From positions 152,024,001 to 152,088,000 of the forward strand of contig JBNRSN020000014.1 of NCBI GenBank assembly GCA_051313645.2: a stretch of DNA of 64,000 nt, given 5' to 3'. The notes under the pieces are model-generated. The model saw only the letters and a program-made list of their open reading frames with translations. It was not told the DNA's origin and made no database searches. Positions within the stretch are counted from its first letter, which is position 1; each line of letters begins with the position of its first letter. This DNA is from Centroscyllium fabricii (taxonomy: Eukaryota). Below are positions 14,001-26,807 of this stretch, piece after piece. The position numbers and the translations under genes are program-made.

Positions 14001-17000
14001 CTGAGAGAGGACTGACTGAGGGAGGATTGACTGAGAGAGGATTGACTGAGGGAGGATTGAATGAGAGAGGATTGACTGAGGGAGGATTGACTGAGAGAGA
14101 ACTGACTCAGAGATAATTGACTGAGGGAGGATTGACAGAGAGAGGATTGACTGAGAGAGAACTGACTGAGAGAGGATTGACTGAGTGTGGAATGACTGAG
14201 AGAGGATTGACTGAGAGAGAACTGACTGAGAGAGGATTGACTGAGAGAGGTTTGACTGAGAGAGGATTGACTGAGGGAGGATTGACTGAGAGAGGATTGA
14301 CTGAGAGAGAACTGACTGAGAGAATATTGACTGAGGGAGAACTGACTGAGAGAGAACTCACTGAGAGAGGATTGACTGAGAGAGGATTGACTGAGGGATG
14401 ATTGAATGAGGGAGGATTGACTGAGGGAGGATTGACTGAGAGAGAACTGACTGAGAGATGATTGACTGAGGGAGAACTGACTGTGAGATGATTGACTGAG
14501 GGAGGATTGACTGAGAGAGGACTGACTGAGAGAGGACTGACTGAGAGAGGATTGACTGAGGGAGGATTGACTGAGAGAGGATTGACTGAGAGAGGATTGA
14601 CTGAGAGAGAACTGACTGTGAGATGATTGACTGAGGGAGGTTTGACTGAGAGAGGATTGACTGAGGGAGGATTGACTGAGAGAGAACTGACTCAGAGAGA
14701 ATAGACTGAGGGAGGATTGACAGAGAGATGATTGACTGAGAGAGGATTGACTGAGTGAGGAATGACTGAGAGAGGATTGACTGAGAGAGAACTGACTGAG
14801 AGAGGATTGACTGAGAGAGGTTTGACTGAGAGAGGATTGACTGAGGGAGGATTGATTGAGAGAGAACTGACTGAGAGAGGATTTACTGAGGGAGGATTGA
14901 CTGAGAGAGGATTGACTGAGGGAGGATTGACTGAGAGAGGATTGACTGAGGGAGAACTGACTGAGAGAGGATTGACTGAGGGAGAATTGACTGAGAGAGA
15001 ACAGACTGAGAGAGAACAGACTGAGAGAGGATTGACTGAGAGAGAACTGACTGAGAGAGGATTGACTGAGGGAGGATTGACTGAGAGAGGATTGACTCAG
15101 AGAGGATTGACTGAGGGAGGATTGAATGAGAGAGGATTGACTGAGGGAGGATTGACTGAGGGAGAACTGACTGAGAGATGATTGACTGAGAGAGGACTGA
15201 CTGAGAGAGGACTGACTGAGAGATGATTGACTGAGGGACGATTGACTGAGAGAATATTGCCTGAGAGAGAACTGACGGAGAGGAGATTGACTGAAGGAGG
15301 ACTGACTGAGAAGAACTGACTGAGAGAGGACTGACTGAGAGAGGATTGACTGAGGGAGGATTGACTGAGAGAGGATTGACTGAGAGAGAACTGACTGAGA
15401 GAGGATTGACTGAGGGAGGATTGACTGAGAGAGAACTGACTGAGGGAGGACTGACTGAGAGAGTATTGACTGAGAGAGAACTGACGGAGAGGAGATTGAC
15501 TGAAGGAGGACTGACTGAGAAGAACTGACTGAGAGAGGACTGACTGAGAGAGGATTGACTGAGGGAGGATTGACTGAGAGAGGATTGACTGAGAGAGAAC
15601 TGACTGAGAGAGGATTGACTGAGGGAGGATTGATTGAGAGAGGATTGACTGAGGGAGGATTGACTGAGAGAGAACTGACTGAGGGAGGATTTACTGAGAG
15701 AGGATTGACTGAGAGAGGATTGACTGATAGAGGATTGACTGAGGGAGGATTGAATGAGAGAGGATTGACTGAGGGAGGATTGGCTGAGAGAAGATTGACT
15801 GAGAGAGAACTGACTGACAGAGGATTGACTGAGGGAAGATTGACTGAGAGAGGATTGACGCAGAGAGGATTGACTGAGTGAGGATTGAATGAGAGAGGAT
15901 TGACTGAGGGAGGATTGACTGAGGGAGAACTGACTGGGGGAGAACTGACTGAGAGAGGATTGACTGAGAGAGGACTGCCTGAGAGAGGACTGACTGAGAG
16001 AGGATTGACTGAGGGAGGATTGACTGAGAGAGTATTGACTGAGAGAGGATTGACTGAGAGAGAACTGACTGAGAGAGGATTGACTGAGGGAGGACTGACT
16101 GAGAGAGAACTGACTGAGAGAGGACTGACTGAGAGAGGATTTACTGAGAGAGAACTGACTGAGGGAGGACTGACTGAGAGAGGATTGACTGAGAGAGAAC
16201 TGACTGAGAGAGTATTGACTGAGGGAGGACTGACTGAGAGAGAACTGACTGAGAGAGGACTGACTGAGAGATGATTGACTGAGGGAGGATTCACTGAGAA
16301 AGGATTCACTGAGAGAGAACTGACTGAGAGAGGATTGACTGGGGGAGGATTGACTGAGAGAGGATTGACTGAGAGAGAACTGACTGAGAGAGGATTGACT
16401 TAGAGAGGATTGACTGAGAGAGGATTGACTGAGGGAGGATTGACTGAGAGAGAACTGACTGAGAGAGGATTGATTGAGGGAGGATTGACTGAGAGACGAT
16501 TGACTGAGGGAGGATTGACTGAGAGAGGATTGACTGAGAGAGAACTGACTGAGAGAGGATTGACTGAGGGAGGATTGACTGAGAGAGGATTGACTGAGAG
16601 AGAACAGACTGAGAGAGGATTGACTGAGGGAGGATTGACTGAGAGAGGATTGACTGAGAGAGGACTGACTGAGAGAGGATTGACTGAGAGAGAACTGACT
16701 GAGAGAGGATTGACTGAGAGAGGATTGACTGATAGAGGACTGACTGAGAGTGGATTGACTGAGAGAGAACTGACTGAGAGAGGATTGACTGAGAGAGGAT
16801 TGACTGAGGGAGGAAAGACTGAGAGAGGATTGACTGAGAGAGAACTGACTGAGAGAGGATTGACTGAGAGAGGATTGACTGAGAGAGGATTGAGTGAGGG
16901 AGGATTGACTGAGAGAACTGACTGACAGAGTATTTACTGAGAGAGGATTGACTGAGAGAGGATTGACTGAGGGAGGATTGACTGAGAGAGGATTGACTGA

Positions 17001-17550
17001 GAGAGAACTGACTGAGAGAGGATTGACTGAGGGAGAACTGACTGAGAGATAACTCACTGAGAGAGGATTGACTGAGAGAGGATTGACTGAGGGATGATTG
17101 AATGAGGGAGGATTGACTGAGGGAGGATTGACTGAGAGAGAACTGACTGAGAGATGATTGACTGAGGGAGGTTTGACTGAGAGAGAACTGACTGTGAGAT
17201 GATTGACTGAGGGAGGATTGACTGAGAGAGGACTGACTGAGAGAGGACTGACTGAGAGAGGATTGACTGAGGGAGGATTGACTGAGAGAGGATTGACTGA
17301 GAGAGGATTGACTGAGAGAGAACTGACTGTGAGATGATTGACTGAGGGAGGTTTGACTGAGAGAGGATTGACTGAGGGAGGATTGACTGAGAGAGAACTG
17401 ACTGAGAGAGGATTGACTGAGAGAGGATTGACTGAGGGAGGATTGAATGAGAGAGAACTGAGAGAGGATTGACTGAGGGAGGATTGACTGAGAGAGGATT
17501 GACTGAGAGAGGACTGACTGAGAGAGGATTGACTGAGGGAGGTTTGACTG
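3300..17550 (+). repeat. Higher-order duplication, ~6.8-7.1 kb unit (approx. 3300-10050 vs 10450-17550; offset ~7180, rising to ~7493 after an extra ~314-bp block near 14.3-14.7 kb)
   Basis: Near-identical variant strings: 3598/10781 (7183), 5631/12810 (7179), 7269/14762, 8062/15555 and 8917/16410 (7493). Private variants such as GGAAAGACTG and GACTTAGAG are shared. Confidence 0.85.
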
Positions 17551-20099
17551 AGAGCAGATTGACTGAGAGAGAACAGACTGAGAGAGGATTTACTGAGGGA
17601 GGATTGACTGAGAGAGGATTGACTGAGAGAGAACTGACTGAGAGAGGATTGACTGAGGGAGGATTGACTGAGAGAGGATTGACTGAGAGAGAACTGACTG
17701 AGAGATGATTGACTGAGGGAGGATTGACTGAGAGAGGATTGACTGAGAGAGGACTGACTGAGAGAGGATTGACTGAGAGAGAACTGACTGAGAGAGGATT
17801 GACTGAGAGAGGATTGACTGATAGAGGACTGACTGAGAGAGGATTGACTGAGAGAGAACTGACTGAGAGAGGATTGACTGAGAGATGATTGACTGAGGGA
17901 GGAATGACTGAGAGAGGATTGACTGAGAGAGAACTGACTGAGAGAGGATTGACTGAGAGAGGATTGACTGAGAGAGGATTGAGTGAGGGAGGATTGACTG
18001 AGAGAACTGACTGACAGAGTATTTACTGAGAGAGGATTGACTGAGAGAGGATTGACTGAGGGAGGATTGACTGAGAGAGGATTGACTGAGAGAGAACTGA
18101 CTGAGAGAGGATTGACTGAGGGAGAACTGACTGAGAGAGGATTGACTGAGGGAGAATTGACTGAGAGAGAACAGACTGAGAGAGAACAGACTGAGAGAGG
18201 ATTGACTGAGAGAGAACTGACTGAGAGAGGATTGACTGAGGGAGGATTGACTGAGAGAGGATTGACTCAGAGAGGATTGACTGAGGGAGGATTGAATGAG
18301 AGAGGATTGACTGAGGGAGGATTGACTGAGGGAGAACTGACTGAGAGATGATTGACTGAGAGAGGACTGACTGAGAGAGGACTGACTGAGAGATGATTGA
18401 CTGAGGGAGGATTGACTGAGAGAATATTGACTGAGAGAGGATTTACTAGGAGAGAACTGACTGAGAGAGGACTGACTGAGAGAGGATTGACTGAGAGAGA
18501 ACTGACTGAGGGAGGACTGACTGAGAGAGTATTGACTGAGAGAGAACTGACGGAGAGGAGATTGACTGAAGGAGGACTGACTGAGAAGAACTGACTGAGA
18601 GAGGACTGACTGAGAGAGGATTGACTGAGGGAGGATTGACTGAGAGAGGATTGACTGAGAGAGAACTGACTGAGAGAGGATTGACTGAGGGAGGATTGAT
18701 TGAGAGAGGATTGACTGAGGGAGGATTGACTGAGAGAGAACTGACTGAGAGAGGATTTACTGAGAGAGGATTGACGGAGAGAGGATTGACTGATAGAGGA
18801 TTGACTGAGGGAGGATTGAATGAGAGAGGATTGACTGAGGGAGGATTGACTGAGAGAAGATTGACTGAGAGAGAACTGACTGACAGAGGATTGACTGAGG
18901 GAAGATTGACTGAGAGAGGATTGACGCAGAGAGGATTGACTGAGTGAGGATTGAATGAGAGAGGATTGACTGAGGGAGGATTGACTGAGGGAGAACTGAC
19001 TGAGGGAGAACTGACTGAGAGAGGATTGACTGAGAGAGGACTGACTGAGAGAGGACTGACTGAGAGAGGATTGACTGAGGGAGGATTGACTGAGAGAAGA
19101 TTGACTGAGAGAGGATTGACTGAGAGAGAACTGACTGAGAGAGGATTGACTGAGGGAGGACTGACTGAGAGAGAACTGACTGAGAGAGGACTGACTGAGA
19201 GAGGATTTACTGAGAGAGAACTGACTGAGGGAGGACTGACTGAGAGAGGATTGACTGAGAGAGAACTGACTGAGGGAGGACTGACTGAGGGAGGACTGAC
19301 TGAGAGAGAACTGACTGAGAGAGGACTGACTGAGAGATGATTGACTGAGGGAGGATTCACTGAGAAAGGATTCACTGAGAGAGAACTGACTGAGAGAGGA
19401 TTGACTGAGGGAGGATTGACTGAGAGAGGATTGACTGAGAGAGAACTGACTGAGAGAGGATTGACTGAGAGAGGATTGACTGAGAGAGGATTGACTGAGG
19501 GAGGATTGACTGAGAGAGAACTGACTGAGAGAGGATTGATTGAGGGAGGATTGACTGAGAGACGATTGACTGAGGGAGGATTGACTGAGAGAGGATTGAC
19601 TGAGAGAGAACTGACTGAGAGAGGATTGACTGAGGGAGGATTGACTGAGAGAGGATTGACTGAGAGAGAACTGACTGAGAGAGGATTGACTGAGGGAGGA
19701 TTGACTGACAGAGGATTGACTGAGAGAGGACTGACTGAGAGAGGATTGACTGAGAGAGAACTGACTGAGAGAGGATTGACTGAGAGAGGATTGACTGATA
19801 GAGGACTGACTGAGAGAGGATTGACTGAGAGAGAACTGACTTAGAGAGGATTGACTGAGAGATGATTGACTGAGGGAGGAATGACTGAGAGAGGATTGAC
19901 TGAGAGAGAACTGACTGAGAGAGGATTGACTGAGAGAGGATTGACTGAGAGAGGATTGAGTGAGGGAGGATTGACTGAGAGAACTGACTGACAGAGTATT
20001 TACTGAGAGAGGATTGACTGAGAGAGGATTGACTGAGGGAGGATTGACTGAGAGAGGATTGACTGAGAGAGAACTGACTGAGAGAGGATTGACTGAGGG

Positions 20100-23000
20100 A
20101 GAACTGACTGAGAGATAACTCACTGAGAGAGGATTGACTGAGAGAGGATTGACTGAGGGATGATTGAATGAGGGAGGATTGACTGAGGGAGGATTGACTG
20201 AGAGAGAACTGACTGAGAGATGATTGACTGAGGGAGGTTTGACTGAGAGAGAACTGACTGTGAGATGATTGACTGAGGGAGGATTGACTGAGAGAGGACT
20301 GACTGAGAGAGGACTGACTGAGAGAGGATTGACTGAGGGAGGATTGACTGAGAGAGGATTGACTGAGAGAGGATTGACTGAGAGAGAACTGACTGTGAGA
20401 TGATTGACTGAGGGAGGTTTGACTGAGAGAGGATTGACTGAGGGAGGATTGACTGAGAGAGAACTGACTGTGAGAGGATTGACTGAGAGAGGATTGACTG
20501 AGGGAGGATTGAATGAGAGAGAACTGAGAGAGGATTGACTGAGGGAGGATTGACTGAGAGAGGATTGACTGAGAGAGGACTGACTGAGAGAGGATTGACT
20601 GAGGGAGGATTGACTGAGAGCAGATTGACTGAGAGAGAACAGACTGAGAGAGGATTGACTGAGGGAGGATTGACTGAGAGAGGATTGACTGAGAAACGAT
20701 TGATTGAGGGAGGATTGACAGAGAGAGGATTGACTGAGAGAGGATTGACTGAGGGAGGATTGACTGAGAGAGAACTGACTGAAAGAGGATTGACTGAGGG
20801 AGGATTGACTGAGAGAGGATTGACTGAGGGAGAATTGACTGAGAGAGAACTGACTGAGAAACGATTGATTGAGGGAGGATTGACAGACAGAGAGGATTGA
20901 CTGAGAGAGAACTGTCTGAGAGAGGATTGACTAAGAGAGAACTGACTGAGAGAGGATTGACTGAGAGAGGATTGACTGATAGAGGACTGACTGAGGGAGG
21001 ACTGACTGAGAGAGGATTGACTGAGAAATAATTGACTGAGAGAGGATTGAATGAGGGAGAACTGACTGAGGGAGAACTGACTGAGAGAGGATTGACTGAG
21101 GGAGGACTGACTGAGAGAGAACTGACTGAGAGAGAACTGACTGAGCGAGGATTGACAGAGAGGATTGACTGAGAGAGGATTGACTGCGAGAGGACTGACT
21201 GAGAGAGAACTGACTGAGGGAGGATTGACTGAGGGAGGATTGACTGAGGGAGGATTGATTGAGAGAGGATTGACTGAGAGAGGACTGACTGAGAGAGTAC
21301 AGACTGAGAGAGGATTGACTGAGAGAGGATTGACTGAGAGAGGATTGACAGAGGGAGGCTTGACTGAGAGAGGATTGACTCAGGGAGGATTGAATGAGAG
21401 AGGATTGACTGAGGGAGGATTGACTGAGAGAGAACTGACTCAGAGAGGATTGACTGAGGGAGGATTGACTGAGAGAGGATTGACTGAGAGAGAACTGACG
21501 GAGAGAGGATTGACTGAGAGAGGATTGACTGAGAGAGGATTGACTGAGGGAGGATTGACTGAGAGAGAACTGACTGAGAGAGTATTTACTGAGGGAGGAT
21601 TGACTGAGAGAGGATTGACTGAGGGAGGATTGACTGAGAGAGGATTGACTGAGAGAGAACTGACTGAGAGAGGATAGACTGAGGGAGAACTGACTGAGAG
21701 AGAACTGACTGAGAGAGAACTGACTGAGAGAGTATTGACTGAGAGAGAACTGACTGAGGGAGGACTGACTGAGAGAGGATTGACTGAGAGAGGATTGACT
21801 GAGGGAGGATTGAATGAGAGAGGATTGACTGAGGGAGGATTGACTGAGAGAATATTGACTGAGAGAGTACTGACTGAGAGAGGATTGACTGAGGGAGGAT
21901 TGACTGAGAGAGGATTGACTCAGAGAGGATTGACTGAGAGAGAACTGACTGAGAGAGGATTGACTGAGAGAGGTTTGACTGACAGAGGATTAACTGAGGG
22001 AGGATTGATTGAGAGAGAACTGACTGAGAGAGGATTTACTGAGGGAGGATTGACGGAGAGAGGATTGACTGAGGGAGGATTGACTGAGAGAGGATTGACT
22101 GAGGGAGAACTGACTGAGAGAGGATTGACTGAGGGAGAATTGACTGAGAGAGAACAGACTGAGAGAGAACTGACTGAGAGAGGATTGACTGAGAGAGAAC
22201 TGACTGAGAGAGGATTGACTGAGGGAGAACTGACTGAGAGATAACTCACTGAGAGAGGATTGACTGAGAGAGGATTGACTGAGGGATGATTGAATGAGGG
22301 AGGATTGACTGAGGGAGGATTGACTGAGAGAGAACTGACTGAGAGATGATTGACTGAGGGAGGTTTGACTGAGAGAGAACTGACTGTGAGATGATTGACT
22401 GAGGGAGGATTGACTGAGAGAGGACTGACTGAGAGAGGACTGACTGAGAGAGGATTGACTGAGGGAGGATTGACTGAGAGAGGATTGACTGAGAGAGGAT
22501 TGACTGAGAGAGAACTGACTGTGAGATGATTGACTGAGGGAGGTTTGACTGAGAGAGGATTGACTGAGGGAGGATTGACTGAGAGAGAACTGACTGTGAG
22601 AGGATTGACTGAGAGAGGATAGACTGAGGGAGGATTGAATGAGAGAGAACTGAGAGAGGATTGACTGAGGGAGGATTGACTGAGAGAGGATTGACTGAGA
22701 GAGGACTGACTGAGAGAGGATTGACTGAGGGAGGATTGACTGAGAGCAGATTGACTGAGAGAGAACAGACTGAGAGAGGATTGACTGAGGGAGGATTGAC
22801 TGAGAGAGGATTGACTGAGAAACGATTGATTGAGGGAGGATTGACAGAGAGAGGATTGACTGAGAGAGGATTGACTGAGGGAGGATTGACTGAGAGAGAA
22901 CTGACTGAAAGAGGATTGACTGAGGGAGGATTGACTGAGAGAGGATTGACTGAGGGAGAATTGACTGAGAGAGAACTGACTGAGAAACGATTGATTGAGG

Positions 23001-24350
23001 GAGGATTGACAGACAGAGAGGATTGACTGAGAGAGAACTGTCTGAGAGAGGATTGACTAAGAGAGAACTGACTGAGAGAGGATTGACTGAGAGAGGATTG
23101 ACTGATAGAGGACTGACTGAGGGAGGACTGACTGAGAGAGGATTGACTGAGAAATAATTGACTGAGAGAGGATTGAATGAGGGAGAACTGACTGAGGGAG
23201 AACTGACTGAGAGAGGATTGACTGAGGGAGGACTGACTGAGAGAGAACTGACTGAGAGAGAACTGACTGAGCGAGGATTGACAGAGAGGATTGACTGAGA
23301 GAGGATTGACTGCGAGAGGACTGACTGAGAGAGAACTGACTGAGGGAGGATTGACTGAGGGAGGATTGACTGAGGGAGGATTGATTGAGAGAGGATTGAC
23401 TGAGAGAGGACTGACTGAGAGAGTACAGACTGAGAGAGGATTGACTGAGAGAGGATTGACTGAGAGAGGATTGACAGAGGGAGGCTTGACTGAGAGAGGA
23501 TTGACTCAGGGAGGATTGAATGAGAGAGGATTGACTGAGGGAGGATTGACTGAGAGAGAACTGACTCAGAGAGGATTGACTGAGGGAGGATTGACTGAGA
23601 GAGGATTGACTGAGAGAGAACTGACGGAGAGAGGATTGACTGAGAGAGGATTGACTGAGAGAGGATTGACTGAGGGAGGATTGACTGAGAGAGAACTGAC
23701 TGAGAGAGTATTTACTGAGGGAGGATTGACTGAGAGAGGATTGACTGAGGGAGGATTGACTGAGAGAGGATTGACTGAGAGAGAACTGACTGAGAGAGGA
23801 TAGACTGAGGGAGAACTGACTGAGAGAGAACTGACTGAGAGAGAACTGACTGAGAGAGTATTGACTGAGAGAGAACTGACTGAGGGAGGACTGACTGAGA
23901 GAGGATTGACTGAGAGAGGATTGACTGAGGGAGGATTGAATGAGAGAGGATTGACTGAGGGAGGATTGACTGAGAGAATATTGACTGAGAGAGTACTGAC
24001 TGAGAGAGGATTGACTGAGGGAGGATTGACTGAGAGAGGATTGACTCAGAGAGGATTGACTGAGAGAGAACTGACTGAGAGAGGATTGACTGAGAGAGGT
24101 TTGACTGACAGAGGATTAACTGAGGGAGGATTGATTGAGAGAGAACTGACTGAGAGAGGATTTACTGAGGGAGGATTGACGGAGAGAGGATTGACTGAGG
24201 GAGGATTGACTGAGAGAGGATTGACTGAGGGAGAACTGACTGAGAGAGGATTGACTGAGGGAGAATTGACTGAGAGAGAACAGACTGAGAGAGAACTGAC
24301 TGAGAGAGGATTGACTGAGAGAGAACTGACTGAGAGAGGATTGACTGAGG
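20100..24350 (+). repeat. Near-perfect tandem duplication in satellite, 2126-bp unit
   Basis: Pseudo-ORFs 20535/22661, 21165/23291 and 21735/23861 match at offset 2126; marker GAGATAACTCACTGAG recurs at the same offset. Confidence 0.9.
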
Positions 24351-26413
24351 GAGCATTGACTGAGAGAGGATTGACTCAGAGAGGATTGACTGAGGGAGGA
24401 TTGAATGAGAGAGGATTGACTGAGGGAGGATTGACTGAGGGAGAATTGACTGAGGGAGAACTGACTGAGAGATGATTGACTGAGAGAGGACTGACTGAGA
24501 GAGGACAGACTGAGAGATGATTGACTGAGGGAGGATTGACTGAGAGAATATTGACTGAGAGAGGATTTACTAGGAGAGAACTGACTGAGAGAGGACTGAC
24601 TGAGAGAGGATTGACTGAGAGAGAACTGACTGAGGGAGGACTGACTGAGAGAGGATTGTCTGAGAGAGAACTGACGGAGAGGAGATTGACTGAAGGAGGA
24701 CTGACTGAGAAGAACTGACTGAGAGAGGACTGACTGAGAGAGGATTGACTGAGGGAGGATTGACTGAGAGAGGATTGACTGAGAGAGAACTGACTGAGAG
24801 AGGATTGACTGAGGGAGGATTGATTGAGAGAGGATTGCCTGAGGGAGGATTGACTGAGAGAGAACTGACTGAGAGAGGATTGACTGAGAGAGGATTGACT
24901 GAGAGAGGATTGACTGATAGACGATTGACTGAGGGAGGATTGAATGAGAGAGGATTGATTGAGGGATGATTGACTGAGAGAAGATTGACTGAGAGAGAAC
25001 TGACTGACAGAGGATTGACTGACGGAAGATTGACTGAGAGAGGATTGACTGAGGGAGGATTGACTGAGGGAGAACTGACTGAGGGAGAACTGATTGAGAG
25101 AGGACTGACTGAGAGAGGATTGACTGAGGGAGGATTGACTGAGAGAGGATTGACTGAGAAAGAACTGACTGAGAGAGGATTGACTGAGAGAATTGACTGA
25201 GAGAGAACTGACTGAGAGAGGATTGACTGAGGGAGGACTGACTGGGAGAGAACTGACTGAGAGAGGACTGACTGAGAGAGATCGACTGAGAGAGAACTGA
25301 CTGAGGGAGGACTGACTGAGAGAGGATTGACTGAGAGAGAACTGACTGAGAGAGTATTGACTGAGGGAGGACTGACTGAGAGAGAACTGACTGAGAGAGG
25401 ACTGACTGAGAGATGATTGACTGAGGGAGGATTCACTGAGAGAGGATTGACTGAGAGAGAACTGACTGAGAGAGGATTGACTGAGGGAGGATTGACTGAG
25501 AGAGGATTGACTGAGAGAGAACTGACTGAGAGAGGATTGACTGAGAGAGGATTGACTGAGAGAGGATTGACTGAGGGGAGATTGACTGAGAGAGAACTGA
25601 CTGAGAGAGGATTGATTGAGGGAGGATTGACTGAGAGACGATTGACTGAGGGAGGATTGACTGAGAGAGGATTGACTGAGAGAGAACTGACTGAGAGAGG
25701 ATTGACTGAGGGAGGATTGACTGAGAGAGAATTGACTGAGAGAGAACTGACTGAGAGAGGATTGACTGAGGGAGGATTGACTGAGAGAGGATTGACTGAG
25801 AGAGGACTGACAGAGAGAGGATTGACTGAGAGAGAACTGACTGAGAGAGGATTGACTAAGAGAGGATTGACTGATAGAGGACTGACTGAGAGAGGATTGA
25901 CTGAGAGAGAACTGACTGAGAGAGGATTGACTGAGAGAGGATTGACTGAGGGAGGAATGACTGAGAGAGGATTGACTGAGAGAGAACTGACTGAGAGAGG
26001 ATTGACTGAGAGAGGATTGACTGAGAGAGGATTGAGTGACGGAGGATTGACTGAGAGAACTGACTGACAGAGTATTTACTGAGAGAGGATTGACTGAGAG
26101 AGGATTGACTGAGGGAGGATTGACTGAGAGAGGATTGACTGAGAGAGAACTGACTGAGAGAAGATTGACTGAGGGAGAACTGACTGAGAGAGAACTCACT
26201 GAGAGAGGATTGACTGAGAGTGGATTGACTGAGGGATGATTGAATGAGGGAGGATTGACTGATGGAGGATTGACTGAGAGAGAACTGACTGAGAGATGAT
26301 TGACTGAGGGAGGTTTGACTGAGAGAGAACTGACTGTGAGATGATTGACTGAGGGAGGATTGACTGAGAGAGGACTGACTGACAGAGGACTGACTGAGAG
26401 AGGATTGACTGAG

Positions 26414-26682
26414 TGATACCATCAATTACTCGAGTCTGAGAGCGAGTTAACATAGGCTTTAATAAACTTAGAACAAGCGTAAGGGATCACAGGTATCGTT
26501 AGTACAGTACAGTAGAGAGGAGGTCAGAACCCACGAGTGCTGACCTTTATACCCCCAGGGTCAGAGCCGTGGCCTACCCGAGGTCCTCCAGGTACAGGTC
26601 TCCCAAGTCTGGCTGGGCAAGAGTAGACACGCCCTAAGGCATGTACATACACATAGTTGGTGTTATAGCCAATATCACCACA
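26414..26682 (-). mobile_element. 3' LTR of the Gypsy element (269 bp)
   Basis: Sense strand TGTGGTGATA...GATGGTATCA, abutting satellite exactly at the terminal CA. Differs from the 30658-30926 copy at one position seen (26567 C vs 30811 G). The U3 start could instead be 26677 (giving TGATA/TATCA termini); no host junction exists here to decide. Confidence 0.93.
26458..26463 (-). promoter_or_regulatory. Putative poly(A) signal ATTAAA in 3' LTR (equivalent site 30702-30707 in the upstream LTR)
   Basis: ATTAAA on the element sense strand 44 nt before the LTR end, downstream of the TATA box. Confidence 0.55.
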
Positions 26683-26695
26683 TTCACCCCCTGTT
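26683..26695 (-). promoter_or_regulatory. Polypurine tract (PPT) preceding 3' LTR; second copy at 30927-30939
   Basis: Sense strand AACAGGGGGTGAA immediately 5' of the LTR-initial TGT. Confidence 0.8.
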
Positions 26696-26807
26696 AAAGA
26701 ATTTCAGTACCAGGGGGGGCACAAACAATAACTAACATATGTACAGACAGTATTTACAAAGGTTCCGAGATGTTCCAAAAAAATTGTGGCCGCCTGTTCA
26801 TGCCAGG

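Larger units (their letters stand above)
1..26413 (+). repeat. 15-bp tandem satellite/minisatellite array, left block (consensus GAGAGGATTGACTGA), continues beyond window start
   Basis: Continuous 15-bp periodicity. Main monomer types AGAGGATTGACTGAG, GGAGGATTGACTGAG, AGAGAACTGACTGAG, AGAGGACTGACTGAG, GGAGAACTGACTGAG. Consensus is 11/15 purine on + and has no CpG. Confidence 0.98.
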
